Source: Ancylonema sp.
Lineage: Eukaryota
Assembly: GCA_050230475.1 (NCBI GenBank)
Contig: JBFLGF010000001.1
Coordinates: forward strand, 62,001-126,000
Reading direction: 5' to 3'
Length of the DNA stretch: 64,000 nt
This document shows, in pieces, positions 1-14,649 of this stretch (position 1 is the first letter of the stretch; the number at the start of each line of letters is the position of its first letter). Below the pieces are notes generated by a model. The model was given only the letters and a program-made list of their open reading frames with translations. It did no database searches and had not been told where the DNA came from. A program made the translations under genes and the position numbers.

Positions 1-229
1 GGCGGAAACACTGTGGCAATATGTCGAAATTGTCACCATATGTCGAACTTGTCACCATCTGTCAAACGTCACCATATCGAGCTATTCAATATACCTTGCT
101 ACGGTAGTACCAAAAATAGAAGAAATCCAAAAACCATAAAAGAGGATTTTTGATGTAAATCATGATACGAGTTGTAAGAACGGAAAAACTTCCCCAACCA
201 TCGGTTCAAATCATACTAGTACCCGGACG

Positions 230-1414
230 CAGGGTTGCACAATACGCACAATACGTTGAGTTATCATACGCTAAATACGCGTATTGTGTTCCAAGCGTAT
301 TAACACGCTAGAATACGCTTCAATATACGCTAACTTTTGAATTTGCACGAATTTTTGGTATGATATTGCAGGTACAAAATTATGACGGAGGCAAACCCCA
401 CAGCGAGGTCCACGTGGTGTGAAAGTGAAATGGTGAAAGTGAAATTTATTCGATACAAAATCGCACGGCGAAAATCATCTACATCTTTGCTAGTACACCT
501 TATCCGACCGTTCATGTTAAAATGGGATGTTGGCGGGAAGGATGGAACGTGTTACCCCATTTTCCACGCCTTGCAAGATCATTTGACTCGGCCGTAATAA
601 GTAGCGTGCGGCTGCAAAGATATACTTCATCCATGTTCAAGTCACTGTGGATTTTGGGCCACCGGTTCCGTCTTTCAATGCCGAGAGGATCCATACTGTC
701 ACGCAGGGAGGAGAAAACACGGAGCCAGGTTTGCATTTTGCTTCAATACTCTATTGACCCTCATGTCGATTATTGTCATCGTCAAAAGAAATCTAGAGGA
801 GGTTGCACTATAATTATGGAAGATTATAAAAACTAAAACTCTATACTTGTATCAATGATATGCGTTGTGTCAATGATTCATTCTCATAGATGTTGTCGAA
901 AAAACTTTGTAGTGAAGAAAATAGTTGATTTGAAGTTGTGGTTAAAAATATGTAAAACTTATAGTTTTAGCGTGTTGCGTGCCAGAAATAAGGGTACAGA
1001 CGTAGTTTGGTCCAAACGTTGACTCATTGGACACGAGTAATTTGTGGTCCGATTGATGTGATGAACATCAATGAAACGTGTGCAGATGAAATCAAATGAA
1101 AGTAGAGGAGATGAGAAGAGTGGATCTATCAACGAATGCCCCATTCTCTCACCAGAAAAATGGATAAAACAATTGCACATCTATTGGTAGAACATGCGGC
1201 TGTCATGTATTTCACTAGTAAAAGCCTCCAATTCGATTTTGGATAGGCACCCAATGTTGTCATTCTACTTCCGGGTATGTGTGGGGTATCAAAACCATGA
1301 AAAACCACATGTGTATAGACACGTATTCTCGAATCGTGAGATTTTTCAACACGCGAAATACGGCGTATTGTGACCCCACCGTATTGATAGCGTATTGCGT
1401 ATTGCGTAACCCTC
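230..1414. mobile_element. Non-autonomous hAT-type DNA transposon
   Basis: TIRs cagggttgcacaatacgc / gcgtattgcgtaaccctc; near-perfect 8-bp TSD cccggacg (222-229) / cccggagg (1415-1422); subterminal aatacg/cgtatt repeats; weak transposase-like remnants on - strand. Confidence 0.7.
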
Positions 1415-1760
1415 CCCGGAGGATCATGGCTCATAGCGGATGCATTCGGAAGACGTTCGCTAGCGGACGCGTCCGCGACGTCCGGGTCCGCAAGGCGTCC
1501 GGGTACGTAGGGAGTATTAACCAAATCAAAAAGTTGCCGGGCGACAAAGATATTTGTGTTCTTCCGAACTTGAGATCCTACAACTTTTAAGATACAGGGC
1601 AACTTTAAGGCCTGGGGATAATCGCCCATACGAATTTTAGCGAAAAAGAAATAGGACGGGGTCTATGGGGTGTGAGGATCTGTACGGTACCTGGACGTCC
1701 ACTGGAAATTTGCGGACGCGTCTGCGACGTCTGCGTACGCAAAGCGTCCGGGTACTACCA

Positions 1761-3346
1761 CAGTAAAACCTGTCTTAAGTAATACTGTCTTAATTAATAA
1801 CTTGTCTTAATTTATAATTTTTTCCGGTCCTGACCTTGGGCGAGTGTAATTATTAACAAACCTCTCAAACGTGATAACTAATAAGTTTTCCCGGTCCCGC
1901 CTACATGTTAGTTAATTAATACGTGCTAATTAATAATGTACGGAATCCGTACGTATTTGTACAAAATATTTGTACGGATTGAGGATATGAGGGAGGGGGT
2001 ATAAATAACAACAACCGAAAGAAAAACGGTCTTTTCTTAAAAAAAAACGAATTCTGATATTTATTTTGTTATTTTGTAGAGGAATGCGGGGTAAAAATAT
2101 GTACGGGGTTGGCTCATGTTAGAACTACCGTACGGGGCACCCTAAATGATTTCTGTTTTTCCAAAATTAATTATTATCGTAATGATTTTTCAAAATGATC
2201 CCGGGATTCCGTTAGTTATAATCGATGATTTCTGGTAATGATTCCATGAATCCGTTAGTTATTATAAATGATTTTTGGGGATGATTCCGGATTGTAGGAA
2301 TAAAAAACGTTAAAGATTTCCTTGTTTAGGAATTAAAAATCAAATGATTTGTCTCTATCTGGGTCATTCTTACATATTTACCGTACATTTTGACGTCTCA
2401 AGTGCACGTGGCAAGCACTCGTACTAGTCGCAATATCTTTACCGGCCACAATTTTTTCGTTATGGATGGTCTTAATTTGTCGTGTAGCGCGCCTAATTGG
2501 TAATATTTCCCATATCGGGGGGCTTTACGGCCCGGTACGTAGTTTCTCACGTCGTAAATGTTGCTCGTCCAAATACGTGTCCTTCAGCACGTGCCTACTT
2601 TGTCGTGTCCGCCGTTTCATCACATCTAGAGTCACATCCAGGTGACCCCCAATTTCCCGTACATGATTCCTAAAACGTGTTTTACTAATGATTTTGAGCA
2701 TAGATGTGTCTTTGAAGTGCGCGTCCCGCACGTGTTCCGCACGCATGCACAAATCTCGCGCACGGTGCTGACCCATAGGCGTTAAAATTATATTATTATT
2801 ACCTGGGGGGGGGGGGGTACTTCCTACACCCCAAGGGTGCCGGGATGTTTCCAAATTCATGAAATGTGTTTGGTGAACCGGTTACAACGTACAACGTGGC
2901 AGTATTCAATTTAGGGCCTAAGACGTTATATCGAACTACTTAGCAAAAATGGTCAGTACTCACTACTTAGTCAAATTTCAGTCGATTACAGAAATTGTCC
3001 CGGGGTGCTGACCCATGCGCAAATCTTGCGCACGGTGCTGACCCATCTATGGTTTTGAGTATCCTTTTTCTACCATTTAGTAATTAATTTAAATGATTAC
3101 TTTCGGGTTTCAATAATTAATTAAAAATCATTCACGGTGCCCAGTACGGTACGTTTATATCATTATGATTATGATTATACGTGAAAATACACATTTGGGT
3201 TGATTCCGACCTGGATATAATCCCGTTGCCCCTCGTATTCACATAGAAATTGATTTCAGGTCATTTGGAACCGATCCTCTCTTAGGTAATAACCTGTCTT
3301 AATTGATAATGTTTTCCGGTCCCGACATTATTGACAGGTTTTACTG
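1761..3346. mobile_element. pogo/Tc1-mariner-like non-autonomous element containing a nested element
   Basis: TIR cagtaaaacctgtc / gacaggttttactg followed by TA; subterminal ctgtcttaat repeats at both ends. Confidence 0.65.
2128..3149. mobile_element. TA-flanked non-autonomous DNA transposon (CCGTAC TIR family)
   Basis: ta|ccgtacggggcacc ... ggtgcccagtacgg|ta; same TIR recurs at 20279-20544; internal sequence recurs at ~27200-27640. Confidence 0.65.
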
Positions 3347-4662
3347 TATCATTCAAGAGCGAATACAGTTTCTTATAACGATGCTTATAACGATGCATCT
3401 CATAATGAGGTTTTCGTGTCGTGGTCCAGATGCTTCGTGGCAAACACTGACGCAAGTTCCGTCGAAACATTGGCGCACCTGTCTGTCACATGGGTTACAG
3501 ATGGAAAAGTCATCCTGCCAATCACAGGAGGCTGTGAAGGATCGCAAACCTTTCTACGACGGTTCTGATCACAAGTCAAACCTTGGTAGGACCAGATTCG
3601 TCATTCATAAGCAACGGACGGCTTTGGTTTCTCTCCGATTTGAAAGCGACGGCCACTGGTCATCAATTGTATGAGTGACGAGCTCCTGTCCAGTCTCGTG
3701 TGCCGTTTTCGGCCTTACATGTGGAGTACAGACCGTGTGAATACGTTGTATAACATGATGCCACGTCACATTGCCAGCAGTTCTGGTTCTGTAGACACTT
3801 TAGTTCTCCTCGGGCACTAAACGCTCTCGGCTTCAGCGGCTTCTCTATGATACAACTCGCATTGAGTGGTGATGACTTGAAGACTTGTCGGGAGTGTCAT
3901 ATATTCGACTAGCAATTTATGCTTCGACTTCTTCCGGGTTGGAGATTCTGGCAACTTGGAATTCAAGATCCCCATAGGTGTAAGTGATAAGCATTGGCCA
4001 GCTGCGGAAAAGCACTGTAGAATTTAGTCGTGATATCAAAACTATTTGACAGTTTCACCATGATTAAGCAGGACCGCGTTGACATCAGACAGATAGGGCA
4101 TGCACCTTGAGAGTACGACTGGGTGAAGCATTATGTGAAGCGATGCTTGGCTGTGGATGGATCGGGCTGTATGTATATTACTAAATTCATATATGTGGTA
4201 GAAAAAAAAAAAAACCCACATAATGTTCCCACAACTCGCCAAAATTGGAAACTGATCCCTGTTCTTATCCATGTTGCAAGCTCCATGTCTCTTGTGCCAT
4301 CCGTGGTTTCTGGGGCTTGCGGAATATACATGTTTGTGTTTGATACTGGATTTCGTATGCTCATAATGTGTGCAGCAGAGGAAGCTGCAGACAACACACC
4401 ACGGTTCTGTCGGTAGTTGTACCCTTCGCAATACGGAGTATGGACCTAAGGAGCCGCTACAAAAACAAAAAAAAAGTAATAGCAGCCAAGAAATTGATCA
4501 AGAGACATGGAAAAGCACAAAGATTCCGAAATTAGCATTTGTACACCGCGGATGTCATGCTACGGCACTCCTTCACTCCAGCTCTGATGATCTGATCCTT
4601 TTTCTGCAGTGTTGAGCAACCCCCAGCTGAAAGTGCGATCAGTTGTCTCCTTTGCAAGTCAA

Positions 4663-7579
4663 ATGGCAGCTGCAAAAGCTTGCATCCGGGTGGACGTGAC
4701 GTCAGACACAGTGTGCCCCTGGTGTTACGTGGGGAAAAAGAACATTGAAAAAGCGATTGAGGAGGTGAAAGACAAATACGACGTGCAGGTGCGTGCGCAA
4801 TTCACAGAGAAGTAGGTGCAATCAAAAGTATGGTGTGTAATGCAACCAATTTTTTATTATGGGGAATAATGATTGAAAGACCACGAGGGATTCAGAAGGA
4901 GGGGCGAGGAGATTTGCAGTGTTACTTACATGCGTAGTCACAAATGGCTAATGGATTCGATAGCATTCCCTCTCCATATTTGGATCTGGGACTGAAGTAG
5001 CCAGTAATAGCCTAGACAGTTGTCTAGACTGTTGAAACAAGGGGCAGTATTATCTTATACTTTTTTATTGCTGATTCCACAGCCGTGATTTGTCAAAAGA
5101 CAGACATTGAATTACATAAGAAAATATATTAAGATCAAAGTAGATTAACATATTGTAAGAAAACGATAAGGTGCATGTTGTCCACCGACGTCTGCAGGCA
5201 TGCGTCCCTCAAGCGCATGTGATGTCCCTCTTCTCACATCCGTGTACGTAGGCATTCAGTAGTCCTGCCATGTGCCACTTGCATACGTACGTGTGCTCTG
5301 AACATTAACAGCAAGTAGTTTTTTATCTTTGACTTTGGCTGGTTCCAGGTGAGGTGGCATCCCTACTTCCTGAACCCTGAAGCGCCCAAAGAGGGCCAAG
5401 ACAAGTTAGAGTATTACAAGCACAAGTTTGGGGGGGAGAGGGCGGAGTCCATGCTGGCGAACATGAAGGCTCTCTTTGCGCAGCATGGGCAGGAGTACAG
5501 TATGGGTGGAAAGACGTGAGAAACGGCACATGATGCTTTTTGTGCGAGGGTCAAATATATAAAACAAACAAAGAAACAAAAAAGACAATTAATAATCAAT
5601 AATAACACACAAGTCAAGTCAAGTTTAATGTCATCATTGCAAAGAAAGTCCTGGATGCAATTTTGTATGCTACCAGAATTACAGAGGAAGAGGGCAAGGG
5701 GTGCTGTCTTAGTTTCAACTGGTGTTACACATTCATTTGCAGAACTATCCACAGGTCTACACTTTTATATGTCTACACTTTCATTTGTATACATGTCTGC
5801 AGATATACACTTCTGCATGTCAACAGTTCTGTGGTCACCATAGTTGTTTTTTCGTCAAAATTTATGGACTTCATCAAAGTCCTACCTTGCTGATAGGATC
5901 TGCTCATCCTGAGCGCCAGTTGTGGTGCAGAATTCCATCTTTGCGCTGCATGTTTCATCTTCTTCCATGTCTGCCTTTTTTTGTTCATGCCGAACCCTAA
6001 CCTGTATTCCTCTGGACCCCTCTCCCCCCCCCCCAGCGGCAATTCTCTCGACAGCCATCGTCTGTTGGAGCTTGCAGGACGACAAGGCGTGGAGAAACAG
6101 AACGCTCTGGCGGAGGAGCTCTTTCTCAACTACTTCACGCAGGAAAAATACATTGGAGATAGGTAAGGGAATGCGGAGAAGTGAATCCAGCCATTGATGG
6201 GGTGATGATGGTGTATGGAGAGGATGTCATACAGAGGCAGGGGGGATATGAGTAGGGGGTAGGCCACGGTTGTAGGTCGTATAGCTGTCATCGAATACCA
6301 TAACAATGTATGGACATGAAAATTTTAAATAATATATGAAATAATAATGTAGAAGTATTTAATTCTATCGTCAAAGACGAAGGCTTGAGGGGCAAAGTGG
6401 TCAAATATGATTGTCAAAGCCAAACGAAGTTTAGCGTGTATAGTGGACATTCAATCAATGTGTGGTTTGGCGTTGTGGGGCTTCAGGGAGGTATTGTTAG
6501 CGGCTGCAAAGAAGGTGGGGTTGGAAGGGGCGGAAGCATGGGTGGACGATCCAAACGCAGGGCTGCATGAGGTGAGGCAGGGTGGGTGGTGTGGTTGTTC
6601 GGACCGGGTGTAGCTTGTGTTCGTTAGAACACGTGGACGAATGAGAAAGATGGTTCTCGTGAGGGCAACCTTGATCTGTTTCTGAATTCCTTGCTGACTG
6701 CGACAAGGAAGCGGGGGGAAGGGGTGGGTGACATGGAAATATTTACCGGTGTGTATGATGTCTTGGCAAAGGAACACGAAGGGCACTTTGGTAGGACCTT
6801 ATGTTGATACTAGTAGATTCGAAAGAAGCTGTTGCATCAAATATTTCTCGGGTATCTTGTATTGGATGTTTTTCTCTTGAGGCCATCTTATGAGAGCTAC
6901 ACCATTGGAACATGGTTTGTGTACCCATGATGTGATACATGTGATGATGTGATACACGTGATGATGTGATGCATGTGATGATGTGATACATGTGATGATG
7001 TGATACATGTGATGATGTTATACATGTGATGATGTGATACATGTGATGATGTGATACATGTGATAATGTGATAAACGTGATGATGTGATGAACATGTTGA
7101 TGTGACAAACGTGGTGATGTGATAATGGCGATGATGTGATACATGAGATGTTGCGCTCCGCAGGTGATGGAAGGGGTGAAGAGATATGCACAAGGGGTGC
7201 AAGGCGTGCCACACTTTAGGGTTCGTTCAAGTCCTCTCATTTGTTTTCTGGGGTTCAATGCATGAAAAGGGCTTGGTGTGATATACGTTTTCGAGAGAAA
7301 TGGATTTTCTGGAGGTGGTGACACTTAGTTTGTCTTCGAAGGTGTATTTCGTGGACCATACTGCGATGTGTTCACATTGCTCAGAACAAAAATCAAATAG
7401 TGTCGGTAGGTGCGGAAGACGGGAGGTCGTTTTCGTTTTCGTTTGTTGCGCTGTAGCTAACGCCCTAGCTCTCTCACTCTTGCGTATTGATGTTGTTTCA
7501 GATTGGTAAAACTCAATTGTCGGGCGCGCAACCGCATGCAGCATTTATTCAAGCATTCGAAAACGCGGAGGTTGCATAA
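4663..7579 (+). CDS. DsbA/FrnE-family thioredoxin-fold oxidoreductase, 6 exons
   Basis: Exons 4663-4788, 5349-5515, 6037-6162, 6487-6571, 7164-7220, 7502-7579 join in phase via GT-AG introns; SDTVCPWCYVGK active site, VRWHPYFLNP, GNSLDSHRL, GVQGVPHF, LSGAQP. Confidence 0.92.
6925..7145. repeat. 17-bp minisatellite (catgtgatgatgtgata)n in intron 4
   Basis: About a dozen tandem copies visible; explains the His/Ile-rich ORFs on the - strand. Confidence 0.9.
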
Positions 7580-8857
7580 GTATAGGAGGAGGTTGTATAG
7601 TATGTGAGGGGGCTTCTAGATGTGGAAATATCTGCTAACGGCAAGCACTAGTTGGTGCGCATGCTTTCTGAAGGTTACGGCTCGTTTGTTTTTCTGTAGG
7701 CTAGATCTTTCTTATAGTCGTGTTGATTGCCACAAATACGATACCGTTTGTCGCTTAGTTTATGTTGTTTGTAATACATGAATTGCTCAAATTGTATTAA
7801 GCATTATAAATAACTGTTATCCGCTTTTGTGCATTTGCATTCCGAAAGACTCATGGACTGTAGTGGATTGTGGTGCATACTGCCTAACTCCACAACTACG
7901 TGAATGGTAAACAAATGCATCTCACACCTCGGGATGACTCTTTACGCATTTCTCCCTTGACGCATTCACTCCATAAGAAAAGTAGAACTTTTTGGCCGTC
8001 CATGTACGTACGGAGATAGTATATGGAATCGAAAAGCGAGGTATCCGATATAATGTGTGTGTGTCCGATAAATTAGTGGTGTGTTCTCGAGTTCTTGTGT
8101 AACCAACTTTTATAGTCATTGGTATCTCTCATTGGTTACCTCGTTTTTTAAGAGACAACATGACTTCATGAGAAAGAGAGACTTCTATTCAAGAATATGC
8201 AACTGGAGGAGTCTCTATTCTGTGTTGATAACCCAACATAGGTGCAACCCTTTCATCATCATTTGAGGCGTATAAAAACACGACAATATTATCTTGTGTT
8301 GATAATGTATGGTGATTGGGTACTAGTGTTAGATAGTCATTGTGAATCCGCCTATGTGATCAACAATAAGACGATGTTGCAATACAATATATGCGGGATG
8401 GTTGATGTGGTGGAGAATGTCCACCACATCAACCATCCCGCACCATCCTGCATCAACCATCGCTGGAGATAGTGCATTTTACTCTGTTTGGCTAGATGTT
8501 CTGGACAATGCACTTATGTCGCACACCATGTCGTCTTCAAGCGTCGAGCAACTCAAACGAAGTCAGACAACAATGTTTTGCTATCGTGAACGAAGCAGAA
8601 TTCTTTGAACCGAACTGGATGACCATATCCACCCCTTGCCCAACTCTTCTAGCCTATCCGACAAGTGAAGTCTAGAAAGTGTAAAATGCGGTGGAACACG
8701 TGCCTAGTCTCATTGGGATGCAACCGGGGAGTAGAGAGTGTGATACGGAGGTCGTAAGAATGTGGTAGGACTAATGACTACAATCTATTTCATTGTGACA
8801 CCTGATGTATTACACATCGATATTCTCATGCTCGCATTTCACGTTCTGCTCACGGTC

Positions 8858-9089
8858 CAGGGTTGCACGACTCGTCCGACTAGTCCAACTACCCAAAAAA
8901 ACTACAATATTCAAAAATAATAATAATTATAATCGTAGTATCATAAATTGTTCGATTGCTCCAGCATGCCCCCTAGTCCTCGACTGGCATTGTTGAGTCG
9001 TCTAAAACCTCTCGGTATTTCTGAGTGGCGGCGAGTCGCCGAGGCGGACTCGCCGAGTCGTAGGGTTGGGGTACCGTTGTGCAACCCTT
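8858..9089. mobile_element. MITE with cagggttgcac TIR (same TIR type as 230-1414)
   Basis: cagggttgcacgac ... gttgtgcaaccctt; internal gactcg/cgagtc repeats; no clean TSD. Confidence 0.55.
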
Positions 9090-10033
9090 CCGCTCACGTA
9101 AATCAATGATGAAAGAATTATCCGGGTAGATGATGGCGCATCGAGCTTAAATATTGTTCGAATAATTTAATACATGCCATTCGTTTCCTTCCATTATAAC
9201 TTACTTAGGCACGCCACGGTCCCCTACAACTTGTGATGAAATTTTTTAATGTTTTGTTATTTGTACAACTCGTGGTTGAAGATGGTAATATAATTGTCAA
9301 AGTGTGGAAAAATACGGCGATGGATTTCTTCATGAGTGAATACGCAATTAGTGATGCCATCAATCGTTCTCGCAAAAGTAGTCTATTTAATGGTTCTTTT
9401 TTTTTGAACATTTCAGACACCACGCACTGTATTCTTTTTCTAAGTTTTCCAAACGTATAATACACGCAAAGAGTTGTTGGAAAACAAAAACGTTTTTTGT
9501 CAGTAAGATGATGTTGTGGATCATACATGAATGATGTAGTGACCGTGGTTGTTCACGGGCTCCTACAAAGTGGTGAGTCTTGCTATGTCTAATAATTTCG
9601 TATATTTTTTTGAAAAACATAAATTCATTGAAGTTTGTAGGGGCGCCATATTGATCAAAGCTACCAAAAGGTGCAGAAAACAATTACAACTTAGCAATTT
9701 AAATATTTAGGGGTTATCCTTAATAGGATTTAATCTGGGTTTCTATGTTAATAACCTCCCAGTGGGTAGTTTAGGGCCTTATTTGCCATTCCTCTCTCCA
9801 CCGACACACCGCAAGTGTGGAGTTCGCCCGCCATGGATTCGTTGCCGATAGGGCGTACACTCGACATTCCATCACTTTTGGCGCCGCACCAGCTCACTTC
9901 TTAAAGTTCGACTTTTGTATCTTGAGCTGCACATGTTCTGAGAGGAAAAGAAACAAAAAGGTAACCTCTCGCCTCAGTCTCCTTTTGAGGACAGGTGTGT
10001 TCACGTGCCACGTGGCACGAAAGAGAGAGGGCG

Positions 10034-13000
10034 ATGCTTCGAAATGCTCGTCAGCTGATGTTCTGCAGCCGAGGACATCGGCAGCGGACGGCAGCTGAGC
10101 TGGTTGGCGCATTGTGTGTCTCTGCCGGACGTGGCTTTGCTACAAGGTCAGGCCGTTGGCGAGACCGAGATGTGAAGTACAAACATCCAAAAGCGCGACA
10201 CCCTGCTGGCTCACGAATGAGGTTTACATTGTCAAAGAGGCCTCGTTATTACATTTATCAATAAAGCCAATTCGGGGTTATTATTGAACTTGTGCAGGGT
10301 GGCGGGGGCGATGCCATACCAAAGCGTATGCCTCTAAAAATCTTAATCCCGCACTTGTTGAAGCTGCATATGTGCCAACAAGCCCCACCTCGTCCTAAAG
10401 AATTTGTGCAAGTTGTGCCAACTCACGGGGTTGGCATCCACGTGGTTTGCCAGCGATTCAGGGGGGGAAGGGGGCGGAGGGGGAGGAGTAAATGTTATTC
10501 AAGACTTGCTTTTGGGGCCAATGGGGACCAGGTTCAGCTCCGACCTATCGTTTGCCACCTTGGATCCGGATACCCTGACAGGAGCGAATCCGGGGGAGTT
10601 TTTCAATCTAGGTATGTACTCATTTCATGTTAGGAAATATTCAGAGGCGGCCCCTGCAAGATGGCTATTTTATTGTCTCAGAATATGTACGGAATATGTA
10701 CGGAATGAGATCCTCGTGAGTACGAGTAGAGAAAAGGGAAGGCTACAATACTGAATGCAACAAGAAAAGCTACAAACCAGCAGAACAGAGGATACATAGA
10801 TTTGATTGAAATATGTTGAAAGCAAAGTGGCATCGGGACCAACTAGCGGTGAAAGTACTATGTATCTTTTCTAACCTGGGTGGATTGCAACACAGTGCAA
10901 TAAAACAGACATGTGTAATAACTAAATCGGGGATGCATTATACATTCAAATTCAGATGTCAACGACTGAAGCTGGCACCATGATGACCATCATCACAATC
11001 ATAATTGTCATCATCATACTCATCATCCTCATCATCATCATCATCATCATCAACAATGTAATCCTCATCATCATCATCCTCATCATCATCATAATCATCA
11101 TCATCATCATCAACAATGTAATCATCGTTATCGTTCGAAGAGACATCCTTCCACAATCCTTTCACCCAATCGTGTGTTTCACAAACCCACTCCATCACAA
11201 ACGAACGCATACACACACAGAAATTTAACATCAAAATTTCTTATCAATCTGCTTCCGCACCCGCATCCGTACCCTATCGGTACCTGTGTCCGTACCCGCA
11301 TCCGTACCCGTCCCCGTGAAGTGCAGTGGGCGGCCGCTGGACCCGCAGCAGTGCCTCGGAGACGGTTATCGACCCTTTGAATGGGGAACCGTTCCTCAAG
11401 GGACCAGCCACCGCACCTCACGACCTCCCCCCATTCGTCCACAGCCTCCAACAATGCTCCAAGTCGGGCCTGCACAACCCCTTCAAAAATCCTGACAGGT
11501 GTCCTCTCCTCTCTCTCTCTCTCTCCCTCTCCTGCACCCTTTGTGCTTGCGAACCTGTCCCCTCATTGGCTGAAGAAGATTCTTTGGTTGTTCTTCAGGT
11601 ATCTCAAGTATGGGGAGGTGTCGGCTCGGGCGGCAGAAGCCCTGAGGAAACCAGAGGTAAACCAGAGGGGCATATTGCCAGCTGTAACACTCGCTATAAG
11701 CAACTTCGTTACAAACGTCTACTCGTTATAAGAAACTTCGCTATAAGAAGCTAGGCAGTACCAGAAACTGTTTTTCGGGGTTTCCAAACTGTTCTTCTGC
11801 ACATCATATAAGAAACGTTACCTGTAAGATATTTCCCCCCCCCCTCCCCCCCGGATTCCTTCTACCAGGGTGTGATTGTAGTGGCACAGTTGGCGTGGTG
11901 CTGATCCGTCTGATTGGGGTTTAGGGTTCAGGTCCACTCTTTTTTCAGCCGCCTCATCCAGCGCGTCTCCCCCAAAAGCACTCCACAGGCCGACGCGGAA
12001 GTAAGCGTCACGCAGAAATTCCTCGAAAATTTCTCCGGGGATCAGGTGAAAAACGCCATCCTTGAAGACTGCGCGGGGCGGCGTGCTCTGTTGTCTCAGG
12101 TGTTTCCTCTGTTGCCTCCAGGTGCGTTTCCTGGCGCGCTCGTTTGGTGTCCCTGGCAACCACAGTGGGCAGCAGAGCAACGGGTTCAGGTGGCCTTATG
12201 GACCGGTAAGCAACACAGCACACACGGGCTATAGGCGCACCCACCATCCTATAGGCACACTTTCTCTTTCGGAAAAATCCGATAAGTAATCCAAAAAAGT
12301 CGTGGCAATGTTCCTCATAAAACGAACATTTCACATAAAGATCGCATTTTTCAAGTGTTAATTTCGAAGAAAGCTTCATCCAATACTTTTTTTCGTTGGG
12401 GTTTCACTCTACAGGCACATGACGATCCCAGCTCTCCCCCCCTCCCCCCCCCCCCAGGTCGCCCTCATCACCCCCTTCAACTTCCCCCTCGAAATCCCCG
12501 CCCTACAACTCCTGGGCGCCCTGTACATGGGAAATAAACCATGCGTGAAATCCGATACAAAAGTGGCCATAGTTCTCGAGCAGTTCCTCCGTCTCCTCCA
12601 TTCCTGCGGCCTTCCCCCATCTGACGCGGACATGATCCACTGCACGGGGCCGGTTATGGAGGAACTCTTGCTACAGGCACAGCCCAAAATGACCCTCTTC
12701 ACGGGGAGCTCTAGGGTGGCGAGTCATCTCGCGAGGGTGCTGGAGGGGAGATGTAAGGTGGAGGACGCGGGGTTTGATTGGAAGGTTTTGGGTCCGGATT
12801 GGAGTCGGGAGGTGGAGGGGTATGTGGCATGGCAGTGCGATCAGGACGCGTATGCGTGCAGTGGCCAGAAGTGTTCTGCGCAGTCCATTTTGTTCATGCA
12901 TGAGAAATGGGGGGAGGCGGGATTTGTGGATCGCCTGAGGGAGCTGGCGGGGAAACGGAATTTGGAGGACCTCAGTGTGGGGCCTGTGCTGACGGTGAGG

Positions 13001-14649
13001 AAACAGGAGTAGTTTTTTCTTGTTTTTTTTTGGGTTTTTTTTGTGGGTCCGTTGTGCTTTTTGGGACAGCCACGAGCGTTACTTTGCGATTACAATGGCA
13101 GTTAAGGATGGATGTACGGACTTGGGTTTGGTCACTCTATTCTTCAAATCTCCCCTAGTATGCCTCCATCATCCCTTCATATCATGGAAGAAGAACAAAA
13201 AATGTAAAACTGTTTTTCACCCGTACACCTCTAGAGGACCCGTAATTTATCCTTGAGCACCCCATATTTAACCCTTAAACAACCCCTGATCATCGCGCTA
13301 ACAACCCCTTGATAATCCGTACGTAACCTGTTGACTAACCCCTGGATAACCCGCACAACTCGCAACACGTCTTCCGAAACCAACCCCACTACCCTCCTCC
13401 CAACCCCCCCCCTGTGCCCGATTGTACTTCTGTCCCCAGGTGACCACAGAGAAGATGCTGTCTCACGTACAGAATCTGTTGGAAATTCCGGGGGCGTGGT
13501 TGGAGTTTGGGGGGGTGGCCCTGAGGGGGGGGGATCACTCCATCCCCCCCGTTTACGGGGCCATAGAACCGACGGCAGTGTTTGTGCCGCTGGAGGAAAT
13601 GTTGAGGACACCTGAGGCGTTTCACCTGGCGACAACAGAGATCTTCGGACCCCTGCAGGTGAAACAGAGGGTTGTTGGCAGGTTTGGCGATGTGAATTGC
13701 CTCAAAACCAAATGAATTGAACACCACAAAGAAAAACTAAAAACCAAAACAAAACAAGACAAGAACACAAGGAAACAAAACAAACAAAACAAAACAAGAA
13801 AGCAAAACAAAACAGAACAAGAAGAAAAGAAAATAGAAAACTAAATAATAACATACAAAATAACAACAATAACGCAACGAACAAAAAATCATAACTTGTT
13901 GTCCCATCTGCCCCCCCCCCCTCTCTCCCCTCCCCCCTTCCCCCCCCCCAGGTGCTCACCTCTTTCAATGACTCCACCGAGCATTTGGTTTTGGAATCCT
14001 TGGAGCGAATGCACGCCCACCTCACTGCAGCCGTAGTATCCAATCACATACCATTCCTAAATGTAACAAAATCACACCCCCTTTTCCTGAAAACCATGGA
14101 AATGAAAACCCATTTCTTTTCTAGCATCCCCTTCCTAAAAGTAAACCAACCCCCGTGTCCTGAAAAACGCAAACCCGTGTTTTTCCTATCATGTGGCTCA
14201 CCGTGAGCTCGCCACGTGTCCCGCAGAGAATGCTTGGTTCCACCTGCAACGGCACCACGTATGCGGGTATCCGTGCGAGGACTACTGGAGCCCCACAGAA
14301 CCATTGGTGAGGCAGGGAGGGAGGGCGGGGAGGGGGGGGGGGGGGATGAATGCTAGGCCTTCATCCGTGCTGTTCTCTATCAATCTGGATTGGAACCGGA
14401 TTGGTCCAAGTACTACTGTTCGAAAAGTGTGAAGCACTGTTGTCTGGATCCCGGATTCCGGATTTCGGATTTTGGTGTTTGCTGATTGGTTGGTATCCAC
14501 TCTCTGATAGGTTTGGCCCTGCGGGAGATCCTCGTGCGGCCGGACTCGGTACTCCGGAAGCGATTCAAATGGTTTGGTCGTGCCACCGAGAAATCGTTTA
14601 TGACACAAACCCGCCCCCACTCCACTGGACAGCACCGAAACCCACTTGA
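10034..14649 (+). CDS. ALDH12A1: Delta-1-pyrroline-5-carboxylate dehydrogenase (ALDH12), mitochondrial, 11 exons
   Basis: Exons 10034-10146, 10532-10611, 11327-11498, 11599-11656, 11932-12045, 12122-12205, 12458-12994, 13440-13658, 13952-14062, 14227-14306, 14511-14649; motifs DPLNGEPF, ITPFNFPLEIP, FTGSS, EDAGFDWK, YACSGQKCSAQS, TEIFGP, TTGAPQNHWFGPAGDPR; Arg-rich N-terminus resembles a mitochondrial presequence. Confidence 0.95.
10985..11132. repeat. Imperfect (ATC)n microsatellite in ALDH12A1 intron 2
   Basis: Directly visible; source of the poly-I/M/D ORFs. Confidence 0.9.

Noticed and set aside
6743..7324. His-rich 193-aa ORF on - strand
   Set aside because: Translation of the intronic 17-bp minisatellite, antisense to the DsbA-like gene
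10952..11234. Poly-Asp, poly-Ile and poly-Met ORFs
   Set aside because: ATC microsatellite inside an ALDH12A1 intron
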